The notes under the pieces are model-generated. The model worked only from the letters and a program-made list of their open reading frames with translations. It did no database searches and was not told the DNA's origin. The position numbers were made by a program, and so were the translations under genes. DNA of 64,000 nt from Sphagnum compactum (taxonomy: Eukaryota): assembly GCA_965153455.1 (NCBI GenBank), contig OZ234493.1:16110213-16174212 (forward strand). The letters run 5' to 3'. Shown here one piece after another: positions 1 to 12,738 of the stretch. Positions within the stretch are counted from its first letter, which is position 1; each line of letters opens with the position of its first letter.

Positions 1-1689
1 TTAGAATGTATTTTGTACTTTAATTTTGAATAGTAGTTCCATTATAGACCTAGCCACATGTGACATACAAATAATGAATATTTGCCATAACTTACTACAT
101 GTAACATGAGACCTATTTTTTTTAGTGTTGACAAACATTTTCCATTCTAGCACTCTTCATTTGCATTTTGATGGTACAACATAATGAGAAAACAAAAGAA
201 CAATTATGTCATTAGCCAATTTAATAAAAAGATAAATTTTCCACATCAAACCTCTAGCATAAGACATACAATGTGTCTAGTAGTAAGTAAATGGCATGTA
301 AAACATTGCTTGCCATAGCCTTGTGTCCATCTATTTTGTCATTGATGACAAGAGAAAGGAATGAAGGAAAAGAATAAAATAAAACGTCATAACATGGTAG
401 GTCAATTGTAGAATGGGCCTTTTTGGATGCATGTTCTTTAAACATTGGACTTGTCATATATAACCAACCAACTAATTGTGTTTGCCCCATACATGCTTGG
501 TAAAACCTAAAATCATACAAGCATGTCTACCATCTTGGGGCAATAATAAATTCTTATAACATAAACAACAAAAATAAATTAAATAATCAGTTAAAATTTA
601 ATCTTATCATGATTTTTGTTATTAAATGTTCATCAAAGCCTTATTGAAGTTTTTAAAATAACATGAAATTAATTAAAAACATTTATATCTCAAAAAACAT
701 ATTTTGATTAAATTTTTTTTTGACATGTTTATTTTAATCAATTCTTGCATAATCTTTCAAATCAAATTTCTAAGAATTTCATTTTAATAAGATTTAAACG
801 AATTGAAGCTAATTATTTGTATTTTTATCAAAAAAATCATTTAAAAAATTAGTCATATGAATTTTTTTTACATTTCCTAGTGATATGAAACCTCGTGATA
901 TAAAAGGGCAAGTGACAAACCAAAACAATAAAATGATAATAGAGGCATGATTAAATTAGTTACCCAACATTCATATTTTGAAAAGAAACCCAACAAGTAA
1001 ATGGGTAGACTTCAAAACAATCCATCAATTGGATGGGTGCACCCAAAATTTACACATGTTTGTCCATTAGCTTCGGGCAATAACAACATAAGGTTTGCAT
1101 ATAGGATCACTATGTAGTTGAACAAACTTAAAATTTGTAAATATAAACAAGATAAGTACACCAACAAATAATGAAAATATGTGTATCATGACAAATGTAA
1201 TGATGCCCAAATAATTTTGATCCTCCCCAAACATCATCTTCTTTTATAACCCAATTTCACATAAGTGAATGGAAAAGTCTCTTTTGACCCTCAAGTTCAA
1301 AACCAATAAAGGTTGACATTTTGAGCTTTACACCTAAAAAAACCAACATAAGAAATTCACTAGAAAATTGAAACTACTTTAATTTCAAATTTTTAACCCA
1401 CAAAAATCCAATAAAAGATCGATGGCCAGAACCATCACAAGGGAGACAAAAAGGGAAGGCCAAAAAAAGGCCAGAGGATGCACAACCCACATGAACCAAA
1501 AAAAAGGGAAAGAGCTAATCCTTTTTGAGGTAGGAACTATCTCACCCACAACCCCTTTAATGTCACCTGCATGCAAATCGTGAGATCTAATAGTAATGGG
1601 AGGTCTAGAACAAGCATCACCTACCAACGCAATTTTCCTTTCTATAACAGAAGTTAAAGCATGTTTAAAAGCAACACTAACACATTACC

Positions 1690-2980
1690 TGAAAAACTAA
1701 ATGCAAAAAATAAGGATAAATGACCTCCTAATCGTCTATTGTGGAGAAAAGACGAGCACATTCCTAATGAAATAATCCATATCACACTCGAGTGTGCCGT
1801 ACACCTTCATGGCCATTGGAATAAAGTGGTGCCCCTCATGAAACCCTCTATACTTACAGATCTTAACAATGCCACTAAACTTCACAGCTACACCTATTAG
1901 TCAATTAATGACACTCGAAGCCACCATCTCCTGTGTTAGGTTAATAACCACCACATCGGCAATGAAGACCTGATCCTCTCAGATCATGTAAAGATCGACT
2001 TGTAATGAAACTCGTAACATAAAGGCGTACCACCATTATTTCCATTCTCAACATGCCCATTTTATCAGACAAAGACATACATGACGTCTTGGATGGCATC
2101 ATGCCACTGACCTCCAAACGAGCAACGAATTAAATGTGTGCCAAATGTGTCCAACTTGTGTCCACATTCACATGTGAGAAGATTAGATGTTGAGGGTTGA
2201 ATCAAACCGAAATGAAAATGCAACACTGAGGTGAAAGTAGAGTGTGCGATGCAAAACGAACATATAGATGGTTTAACAACCAACCATAGCCCTACCCCCT
2301 TGCCCGAAAAAGAATGAATGCGAGCTCTTAATGTTGAAGAAATGGAGTCATCTTCTAAAATAAACCTAAAGGATGTGTCATGGTGGATGTCCATCAAAGA
2401 TTCCTGTAAACCCAGGGTGCCGATCATTGTTATATTCTCAAAAGAAAGGTGCATCTCCCTAGCTATTGGAGGAAGGTCATCTCGTGCTACACGTAAGCAT
2501 GACTGAAGCAGGTGTGGGCCCCCTTCAACCTGAGAAACACATTCTTCCAAAACGAGTCTATCAAAAATATGAAACCTAAAGCACAAATATGGAACCACCA
2601 AAACCCAACTCCCTAGAAAAGCAGATGGGGCAACAAACCTGCATAGAAAAAAAACCTAGACCACCAAAGGATATTGGTAGTCGAGCATGATGCCTTGCTA
2701 AGGGGCTTTTAAAAAACTCTCACGATCCTAAACCCATAGTGTCCCCACATACTTGCATAACTCTCATGTCGAAACTCGCCAAAAAAAACAAGAAGGAGGT
2801 ACTGTCCGTGTGAGATAAGAAAGCCAACAAGTTACACATGAAAACTAAATGCCCAAAGCAACCTAGGCATCTCCCAAGAAAAAAAATCATTGATATACAC
2901 GACGTCCTGAGATAAAGCCTTATCCAAAAAATGCGTTTGAAAAAAAGAAAAGTCATGCAAATGGGCACTTTGCTAGTTCA
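1690..2980 (-). mobile_element. Degenerate non-LTR retrotransposon 3' part (zinc knuckle plus restriction-like endonuclease region, CRE/R2-group-like)
   Basis: Minus-strand translation with stops: GKGVGLWLVVKPS...CECGHKLDTFGTHLIRC..HDAIQD, then VDLYMI*EDQVFIADVVV...KICKYRGFHEGHHFIPMAMKVYG. This matches the CxC..H..C / HD / D..D / K..KY / FxPxAxE pattern of RLE-bearing LINEs. A homologous copy lies at 55320-55655. Confidence 0.65.
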
Positions 2981-3946
2981 GTTGATATTCTCAATATTTG
3001 AAACTTGTTCACATATTTTGCAATTATGATGCAAAAACAAACCACCTAAATTTAGGTGGGACAAATGTTATGCACATTGCCTATGTAGGTAAGTCTTATG
3101 AGCAAGTAACAAGCATAGCTTCGTAGACAAATTACATGTTTAAAAGATTAGTAGATTCGCCTCCATTCAAAAATAGTAAAAAATTATAGGTTTCAAGCTC
3201 TCATTTGAGATGAATGACATGACCTCACCAACATCAAGAAGCTCTAGAAATCCCATAAAGCCTCCTCCTCAACTAGGTAGGATAGCAAGATTACATGACA
3301 ATGAATTAAAACACCACATTTTAGGCTGTTATTTAGCATCAACATTTTTGTTTATTTATAATTATTGAAGATTTTATGTTTGCTTACCTCTTGCATACAA
3401 TGGAGCTAATACCAACCACCATGTCAAATTCCACCTTAGCTTTGGTGAACTGCCTAACTTTGTTGGTCTCAATGCATTTATAAATTGTCTTTCAAATCTT
3501 TTGTTGAAGTAGTAGTGCGAAGAATGAAACGAGATGCAATGAGAAAAAAGTTTACTAATCAATCATAACTAAAACAAATCCATCATAAACTTTATAGTGT
3601 GCATTGCATATTTGTAGGAAAGCATCAAAATTCTAAATATGATTTTTGCATGTCCTTTCTCTACAGATGAGAAAACAATTAGAACAAAGATTAGAAAGAT
3701 AAATTGAACATTTTTTTCTAACAAACAACTTTGAGGTTTGAAGAGCTGAGGAATTTCCCTAACAAATTTAATAATAAACCACTTCACATGTACAAAAAGC
3801 ATGAAAATATAGGTCTAAAACGTAAACATCTTTTACAAAAAAGAAACAATGTCTTAAATTTTCATGTATATTCCACAAAATTGTATACTCCAAACTCAAT
3901 GAGCATTGAAAAATATAACTAAACTAAACCTACCATTGGAGGAGCT

Positions 3947-4000
3947 CAAAGCCTACCATTGGAGGAGCTCAAAACCTACCATTTGAGGAGCTCAAAGCCT
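3947..4000. repeat. Short tandem repeat, ~23-24 bp x ~2.5 (CCTACCATTGGAGGAGCTCAAA)
   Basis: Consecutive near-identical units ~500 bp downstream of the kinesin stop. Confidence 0.85.
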
Positions 4001-4510
4001 CAGTCAAGGCATTCTCAATGAATAAACATGATGATAATATATCAAAAAGACAAACTTAGTAGTTAGATTTTATCAGATACACTGAGCCCTCTGTAGTAAT
4101 AATAACAACAATAATATACTAATACTAACATAATGCTGATACGTGGGTGCTGAAGAAATCGCAAATTATGGGTCCAAAAATGAGCAGCAAGATGCTTCCC
4201 AATTCTGTACCCTCTCTTCTCTGGACATGCATCTCGTGCATCCCACACCAATCTCTCTATTAACAAGTAGGATTTACTTGGTAGGTGGCTGGCTATCTTC
4301 CTCTGGATGCCCACTCGGAATGTAGGTGTGCTGATGCACCATTCTCCATAAACCTCACACGGATGATGATGGATCAAAACCATCAGGGTACTCTAAATAC
4401 AAAGATTTCCACTAAGGAGGAGCCTCATCAAATGGATCTGAATACTAAATCTGGCAATGTACATTGGGTTTGAGATCCACAAGCTATGGATGTATGTCAC
4501 TCAACTTGTG

Positions 4511-7500
4511 CTATTTGTTCCATCTCTTCTCTCTGAGTTGTGAGGCGGGAGGTGGCTTTGGTGCTGTTGCAGTGCTTGTAGTAATTTTGTGTGAAGGAAC
4601 TCTTTGGGCACCATACCCCGGGCCCACCACAGTTTTTCCAAATGGTTTCCCTGCAGTTGGCTTTGACCTCAAAATGGGCTTCTGATTGATTTGGTCAATG
4701 TCATCACGTTTTGCACCTTCCCTTGTTGTTGCAGGTGGTGGCACCAAAAGAGGAGATCTGAAATGTACTGTTTTCTGAGGATGCATGCGACTCAAAGGTT
4801 GCTGTTTTTTCCGTGTAGCAGGTGTTGTCTCCAAAGCTTGGGCTAAGGATTGAAGACTGGAATCAAGTGCTGATATGTTGGAAGTGGCAATCAGATCCAA
4901 GCCCCCAACAAGTTTGTGCAATTCCTCCTCTGATAGAGATGCTGCAACTGAAGAGGTTTGGCTGGCTACTTCTTGAGATCTTCTGACAAGTGAGCTCACC
5001 AACACTGATGGCTTCACACAAACACCAAAACCTGAACACCGTACTCTTCCAGGAACCCGCTTTGGAAAAGTGGGAGAGCTTGATTTCATTATGCCTCTTT
5101 GTTTCAAAGGCCCTTCACTGGAAACAGTGTCTTGAGGATCTGAGTTCTCATTACCAAATACCTCACCAGTGCAGCTGTTTCTCATCACCTCATTGCCATC
5201 TGGCGGGTTAACAGCATACTCCACAGTCCTTTCAGAAATTGGAGGACGGCCCGATGGCCCTGTTTCAACCAAAGGAGGGCGCCTCATGGTGGTCTCTGCT
5301 GTTACATTGTCCATCACATTCACCTGCAAAGCAAGAAGCTCGTGAGACCAAGCAGGACAAGAGAACTTATCAACCACATGTGACTATATAGTTTGGGTAC
5401 AGCTTTCATACATGCTGTCGACCGTTGTTGACTTGAGGACTATCATTCATTCGACTAACTCGAGCAACCTCATGTGCATGTGCAATGGCTGCTTTCTCGA
5501 GAGCTTCCTTGATTGCTTGTTTAGAATCCATTGCTGCTTTCTCAGCCAATGCTGTCATGTCAGCCATTATTTTCTCAGCCAACAATTTCTGCTCATGCAG
5601 TGAAGCTTCTGCTGCTTGTCGTGCCCTCCTCTCAGCCAGCAGCTGCAACTCTAACTCTGCATTCTCCTTGACCTGCACATAGGACAATAATTTAGCAGTC
5701 CAGAAGATGAAAGTGACCTCTCTCATCTACCAGGTCACATGACTCATGACAATTTTCTTAAAAACAAAGTGGAAAAAGAGACCTTCTCTGTGAGAGTTTG
5801 GCATATTTGCTCCTTGGCTTTTAGCTTAGCTTCTGTATTCCGTAAACTATCCTCCAGTTTCTTCACAGCCTCCTCCTTTGATCGGCCTTCTTGCTTGGCT
5901 CGCTCTGCCTGAGTGTTCACCAGCATTAGTGTAATGAATACATTTCTGCATCCAAGAAACAGAAGTCCTTGCAGTGAAAAGGCTTGAAAGATTTTAATCA
6001 CAAGTTTGGGTACAAGGGTATACCAGCTGCTTGTACTTGAAAAGCTCGCCAGAATCTAGCTGTTTCCGTGCAGGGCCAAGCTCAACCCCTCTCACTCTGC
6101 TAGCAAAGTTGAGAGAACAGAGTGTCTCTCCAACATCACCATCATTTGGGCTGATCTGTACAAACATAAGAGTCTTCGAATCCCCTCCTGCAGTTTGGAA
6201 CAGCAAAGCCTCAAGAGACAGATTGAGATGAGACCTAAACCAGATCTTCCTGACTACAATAAAAGTTGATTCTTAGCAACTTCAAACATTGAGGACACAA
6301 AAGGGAAGGAAATTACCTAATGAGTCTTGCAGGAGATGGGTTAGCTTTGAATTCCTGCACACACAGCATTTGGTGCTAAAGCATCAGAGAGCCTGTATAT
6401 CACCATGTGCAGCAGATCATGGTTCATGAATCAAACAAACCACCATTGTTTTCTTGGAGGAACAAGGACAGTGGAAGTCACCTGAAAGGGATGTGGCTGC
6501 TTTTTGTGGTGAGAGCTTGGATGACATCACCGAGTGCCGATAGGGATTTGTTAATGCTTTGTGCTTCTTTCAAGCGGTCACCTTGGGCATCACTTTTGGC
6601 TACTCTCTCACTGCCTGCCAAGTCTACTAGCCAAAGCTTGCTCCGTGTGCACTCCCCTGTTATTAAATTCTCCCCTTTTACCATTACACACAGCATGCTG
6701 TCCAAGACACAAGTCACACAATCAGTATCAAGTCCATACTACTAATGTTTCAGTAGATTCAAAAGCACAAGCAACAGAAAGAGAGACAGCATAGACAAAC
6801 CAATGAGAGCGGCTGCTATGGTCATTTGCACGAGTGGAGCCCACAGTCCTTGAGCTACTGCCAGTCTGAAGAACCTCCCAAACCTCCTCCATGCATTGTA
6901 CTTGTGCCTCAACTAAACCTGGTACATGGTGGCCACCATCCACCATCTGTTTGATCTCCAGCCTACATACCCAAACCAACATCCTGAATACATGTCCACT
7001 ATGACAATAGAGATAAAATCCAACTAGTCCCAGCCAGCAAATCATCAAACCTCAAACTCTGGTGTAGAATGCTCACTTCTTTGGAGCTTGGTCTTGAGGA
7101 GGGGGAGGGGCAAGTAAGTCACGAATTTGTTCATTATAGACCTCCATAACACTGACTGAAATCTCATACTTTACTTGACCTCGCCTTTGAGAAGCCACAT
7201 TGAAGAGCTCTTCAAGAGTCCGGTAGTTCACACCTCGATTCCCCTGATAACCCTCCATAGTGAAAGTCTTTCCTGTTCCTGTCTGCCCATATGCAAAGAT
7301 GCATACATTGTAACCATCTAATACTGATACCACCACCGGGGCTGTATCTGCAAATACATCAGCTGCCCAGGAAAGAAAGGAATGAATATCAGTATCTGAG
7401 GAGTTTACTCTGTCTTTTACCTTCTGGTGTACCTCTATTTTCCATACATGTGCTAAAGAAAATAAGAAATAGATTAGAGCTGACCTTGATCATCTTGAGG

Positions 7501-10500
7501 TGAGAAGACCCGATCAAACTTGAAGAGCTTCTTGCCTGCAGTCCCTGTGCGGATGACAAGATCACCATTTGTGGCCAACTCAAACTCAGCCACTGATGAT
7601 ACACCTGCTGCCACCTCAGATACACTCAATGGTCTGCATCGACAGAATACTCGTATGTTACCTGCAGCACAAATGTGCAGAAGAGTTAGTGAAGGATAGG
7701 CTGTTGAACAGAAAGATGCATGTGACTGCAATAAGATTCAGCTTGAAAATGAGCAATCCTGAGAGAAATAGAAAACTGCAGTTAACTGTGAGGTTGTCTA
7801 AATCTCAATCTGCCTTAGCTAGAGAAAAAGCCAAGGCTTTCACAACTAGCACTTGCCTTTCAGTTCAAGGACCTTGTTGTAAAGTTGTCGACGTTCATTG
7901 CTTCCCTCTGCATACATTTTACGTAGTTCTTGATGCTCATTCACTGCCACACCATCCCCTGAAGCTTGATTAGAAATGTTAATTCCCTCTCAGCAATCCT
8001 TGATCACCAGAAGCCATCACCAAAGTTCAAGCTGACATGAAACAAAGAAATACAAAATAAGGTAGGTACAGGTACCTAGAGCTTGCACAGGCATGGACAT
8101 CACATTGATGTTAGGTAAAGAGGAAATCCAGTCATTTGCTTGCTGAGATAAAATCTTGTGGCTATGCTTCAAAGCCTGAAGCACAAAGCAACAGGGGCTG
8201 ATCAGGAAAAGATCCATTTGTCATTTCTGTTGGTCATAGATTAGTGATCTTCAATAGTCTAGGTCAAACAAAGAAAAAACATGGAAGGATTTTCAGGCCT
8301 GCACAAAAGAAGATAAACATTAAGGATCTTCAGACATCAGAACAGACTTAGGGACCTGGATCTCATGGAATGCATTGACCAAGGTTGCAATCCACCGCTT
8401 CTTTTCAGCTGCTGCCCTATCCTTGATAGCATTAAGCTCATTCACTTGAATCTCCACAGCTGTTGCTGTTCACAATGTAGGAACTCAAGATGAGGTTCAG
8501 AGACAAGAACCAGGAAGACAAAGCATTTTAACTGTCTCTGCAAGGCATTGAGCGAGGTGGATGAAACTCATACCAAGAGAGTCAACACACAGGGACTTGG
8601 CGACAAGGTCATCACGCAGCATCTCATTGATGCGGTTTGAGTCCTGCAGAGTGATCCATGCTTCATGACATTCATTCTTCAGCTCCTCAAGCTTTGACTC
8701 ATATTCTCTTACGCATTTGCGTGACTTGCTCTTCATCTGTTAAACACACAAATTGCATCAGCACTGAGTCAGCTTCCATTACCAAACCAGATACCACACT
8801 ATAAAAAAGTCACCGACAGAACCAAACTAGTGTGTCAATCAATGGGGTAATGTGATGAGAGGCACACCACCTGTTGGCGGCGGGACTTGTACTCAGTAAT
8901 TTGCTGAATTTCCTTATCCTTTTCTTGAACTTCTTGCTGGTAACACTTGTACTCTGGTGCTTCCCTCACCACTGCCCCTGTGCATGTGCCTGAATGTGCA
9001 CCTGAATCAATCCGCCTTTTCTCCAGAAGATCATTCTGTTGACCTGATCGGACACAGATTGCACTAATGGTCGGGCTGCCAATGACTCCCTCAAAAACAA
9101 CTGCCAGTGTGCCATCACTGCTGACAGTTGTGGTTGCGCTCAAGATCAATGCGCTGTTTGAGCCCACTTCCGCAAACACATCTAACTCTGCTATCACCTG
9201 CCACAACAGCATCACATCACTGTCAGATCCACTACCACCACCAGAAAATTGCATAACAATTTCACAGAGAGATACTTTGCAGGGGGAGGGGGTGGGGAGT
9301 CAGGAATTGTGATCTAGGGATTTGAGAGGCCTGAGGGTTCCTTACTCTCTGTCCCTGTATTGAAACATCGAAAACACGCATTCCCGGAGGACCATTTGTG
9401 AAGATGATCTCTGCAAAATGCAAGTCAACCACATAGCTTCCGCAAGGCAAGTCCTGGAAGACATAAGAGAAGTCTCCGTATCGTGCTGTCTGGTAAAGGC
9501 AGGGTTGTTGTTCCTCCTTCTGGACTCCAGAGATGATCTCCTCTGTTCTTAGCACATCACCACCAGTGAAGAAATCATCTTCAGCAAAGGTGAATCCAAA
9601 AGTTGCATCCTTGAGCAAGGAACCTCCCGAGTTGATTGCAATTTTCACCTCCTCTGCCATCATCATCAGCATCATCAAGAGGAAGATAATTTAGACATGG
9701 AGAGCATCATAGATTGCATAAGGTAGATTACTGTAGCTTGTGAGAACAAGAGGAGCTTGAAGCTTGAATGGAACTTTACCTGGAAAGAACTTGGGAATTC
9801 TCTTCCCATCTGAGAAATCGAAGCTCATCCTCTTCACCGAGCAGTTGTCAGGCACCTCCTCGTCCTCCTGCTCCTCCTCATCGTCATCCATGAGTTGTCT
9901 TCCAGAATCGAATTCATGACCACATTCTACAAGAGCCGAGGGGAAGAAACAGCTCGTTGAGGCAGTACAGAAATCCTCGGAGGTACAGCGATTCTCAAGC
10001 GAACTTTCGGAACTGCGATCTGCGTGCACAATTGGAGCATGCCCTGAGATTTCAGTCTGCAACTCCTCGTCCTCGTCGTCGTCAGGAAGCATCCAAGCTC
10101 CCGGCCCTAACCTCGCGAATTCCTCGCTCTGGATCGTCGTAACCCCGGTGTCGTCGACCTTTTGCGGCGTAGAAATCTGCTGCTGCTGTCTGAACGCGAA
10201 GATCTGGTTCACTGTCTTCATGTCTTCCGCACATGAGGCGTCATTGTTTGGAACAACAGCGACCTCCTCACTCTTTGCCTCTTCAAGTGGTTGTTGTTCG
10301 TCGTTGGACAACAAGCTCTGTGGCAGCACGAAAGAAACCTCGCAGACCTCCGTTTCTTGATCCAGAACGCGATCTTCTTCTTCTTCTTCTTCTTCTTCAA
10401 CTCTACTGCTTTGGAGTTCCACCAGCTTTTGCTCATAAGTCTGTTCTTCTTCACTTGAGCAACCATTGTGCTCCTGTTCATCTAAAGAAATCTCGTCTTC

Positions 10501-11109
10501 CATCCTGCGACCGTCATTCATATCATCATTCTCTTCTTCGTATTCTACTTCCTTAAGCGACTCTTCTTCTTTCTCCATATCCTGTCCTAAACAAAACTTC
10601 TCTGCACTGCTACAAACGTCGGCTTCCTGTTGCGACGACAGGAATAGCAACACCTCCGCCTCCTCCTCATCATCATCTCTCGTAGTACACGACTCCCTCG
10701 CCGACATATGTATTTCCTGGTGATGAGAATCCGCGTTACACTCTTTCAGCTCCTCCTCCTCCTCCTCCTCCTCCTCGTCACTGAAGAAGCTAGCGACGTC
10801 CTCAAACAGCACCTTAGCGCAGTGAGCTCCAGCTCCTTCTTGTAGAGACAGGGACGAAGAAGAAGAAGAATCATAGTCCTCCTCTGCGACAACAACAGAA
10901 CTACGACGCCTACCACCACCACCACCACCACACACATCCTCGTCCATACTGACTCCCATGTTGGATCCAGCCTGCTGCTCCTGCTGCTGGTGGACGAGAG
11001 CACCTTCTTTCCGCGGCGACAGGAGCCACTTGAGCTCCCCTTCACTGAAGAAGGGCCAGCGATTCCGGAGCTCCAGAATCACAGGCTCGGGAAGAGGAGA
11101 CGCTTTCAT
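4511..11109 (-). CDS. KIN14: Malectin-domain kinesin-14 (KIN14Q/R, MDKIN-like), 16 exons, ~1555 aa
   Basis: Exons: 11109-9780, 9653-9346, 9197-8871, 8736-8574, 8465-8356, 8175-8076, 7943-7857, 7661-7485, 7362-7077, 6962-6801, 6697-6482, 6354-6317, 6187-6024, 5908-5783, 5672-5412, 5323-4511. They sum to 4668 nt with consistent phases. Malectin domain: [33 protein letters not shown]. Coiled coil and neck: [16 protein letters not shown]-loop GQTGTGKT, switch I SSRSH, switch [32 protein letters not shown]. The ORF-track start at 11136 is GTG, and the first ATG is at 11109. Confidence 0.95.
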
Positions 11110-11339
11110 GGGGACCGAACTCCCCGATCCTCGCACCCGATTCCTGGCACAAGAGAGGATCTACAGCGACACAGAGAGAGAGAGAGAGAGCAGTTCAGCG
11201 ACACAAGGAAGTGGGGGGAAGGATCCGCAAGGACGATTCTCGAAAGCGTTCAGCGGCAAGAAGCGCAGCAAGGGGACAAAGCAGCAGCAGGGGACAAAGC
11301 CATGACGATGAATCATGATGGTGATGATGGCAAGCACTC

Positions 11340-11540
11340 AACAACGGTCAAGTTTCGGAATATTTTCAAATTTTCAAAAATCAAACCTGTGCGGAAGGAA
11401 GGTGCCGTTGACTGACGTCTGGACTAATAAGAATATAATAATTTAACTAAACCCTAGATCCTTTTTTTAAATTTTCTTTTCTTTTTTAAAAATTAAAACA
11501 GTTTAAGATATTATTAATTAATTGCTTTTTTAAACGGCCA
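11340..11540. promoter_or_regulatory. Putative G2/M promoter: three MSA-like AACGG cores plus two CHR-like TTTGAA
   Basis: CAACGGTC (core 11343-47), reverse TCAACGGC (11405-09), AAACGGCC (11533-37) and TTCAAA at 11365 and 11373. All lie 230-430 bp upstream of the kinesin ATG. Confidence 0.55.
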
Positions 11541-11547
11541 CTGTCTT

Positions 11548-11848
11548 TTCTTTTCTTTTTTCTAAATTTTTGCATTGTTGCCACATTGGTGATCATGCAC
11601 AAGGAGATTCTTAGCCATGTTTGGCTATAGACCAGCTATGAAAGTAGAAAATTTATTTAAATAATTGTATATCCTGGCTACTGGCTTGAAAAATGTGAAG
11701 AAACATGGTGTGTAACTATTTTAGAAATTTTTGGCTATTTTTGGCGATTATTTTTGGAAAAACAATATAGAATATTCAAACAAAAAATATATTTTCTTGA
11801 AAAAAATTCGCCAAATTTGGCGAAAATTCGCCACAAAGAAAACGCTGG
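11548..11848. mobile_element. Short MITE-like interspersed repeat, with a related partial copy at ~12190-12320
   Basis: Imperfect inverted termini (CCACTGTCTTT ... AAAACGCTGG). The internal sequence (..ATCAT.CA...TTTGGCTA..AAAGT.AA) resembles 12225-12300. Confidence 0.35.
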
Positions 11849-12436
11849 CAGCCCGACTCACCGTCACCGTGGATTAATAATTTATCTTTCATTAGATTTT
11901 TTTAAAGAATATTATTAATTAATGTTTTTTAGAGCGGGCGTGTGAACTAATAATTTAGGTAAACCCTAAATTTTCAAAAGAAAACAAGTTTTAAATAGTA
12001 TTATATTAAAGTTTTTCTTTTTAACGTTCTAGAGTCGGTGGGTGGGCTTTTTGGATGGGTGCGTGGGTGGGGGAGTTTGAATGAATTTAGAAGGGGCTGG
12101 GCAAAATTAGCTAGAGACGTTGACAACGAACGTATTTTGCCTTTGCTTTTAACTTCTTCATCCCTTGTGAAAAGAAAAAGTCTATAATACTTAGTGTTTT
12201 TTTCTTTTTCCCAAATTGGTATTGTAGCTGACGTGGCCATCATCCATACGACCACTAAAGCAAATCTGGCTACAAGCAAAGAAATAATAAAAAGTGAACA
12301 AAATTGAAGCAGAGCCTTTTGAACCATTTTTGGTGGCCATTTTCAAACCAAAAAATCACAGCTATGGCCAAAACCAATTCTCTGAAAAAAACCCCTCTAT
12401 GTCACACATAAATGCCAAATAAAATACATTATTATG

Positions 12437-12738
12437 GGATATGCATAGTGTATTTTCAAGGCACCTTACAAGGCACAATTCCCTCGCCAAAATTTTCCTT
12501 AAAAAAACTTAAAATAAGGGAAACTTTCCTTAAAAAAACTTATCTCCTAAGGAAGGTAGTTTATTCACGAACATAATTTTGCATAATGGTCGAGGGGCCC
12601 AAATGCACTGACACAAACTTTCCTCATATTAGCTTACGAAAATTTTCTCCTTTTATCTCCTTCCATGAAATCTCATGCTCCAAGTTGGCAAGGGAATTAT
12701 TCCTTGTAAAGTGCTTTAAAAATACACTATGCATGTCC
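12437..12738. mobile_element. MITE (~300 bp) with ~54-bp terminal inverted repeats
   Basis: Left end GGATATGCATAGTGTATTTTCAAGGCACCTTACAAGGCACAATTCCCTCGCCAA pairs with right end TTGGCAAGGGAATTATTCCTTGTAAAGTGCTTTAAAAATACACTATGCATGTCC. The interior is non-coding. Confidence 0.75.

Noticed and set aside
11110..11136. ORF-track start of kinesin exon 1
   Set aside because: It is a GTG codon. The first ATG, at 11109, was used instead.
9957..11415. Several plus-strand ORFs overlapping kinesin exon 1
   Set aside because: They are antisense shadows of GC-rich low-complexity coding sequence.
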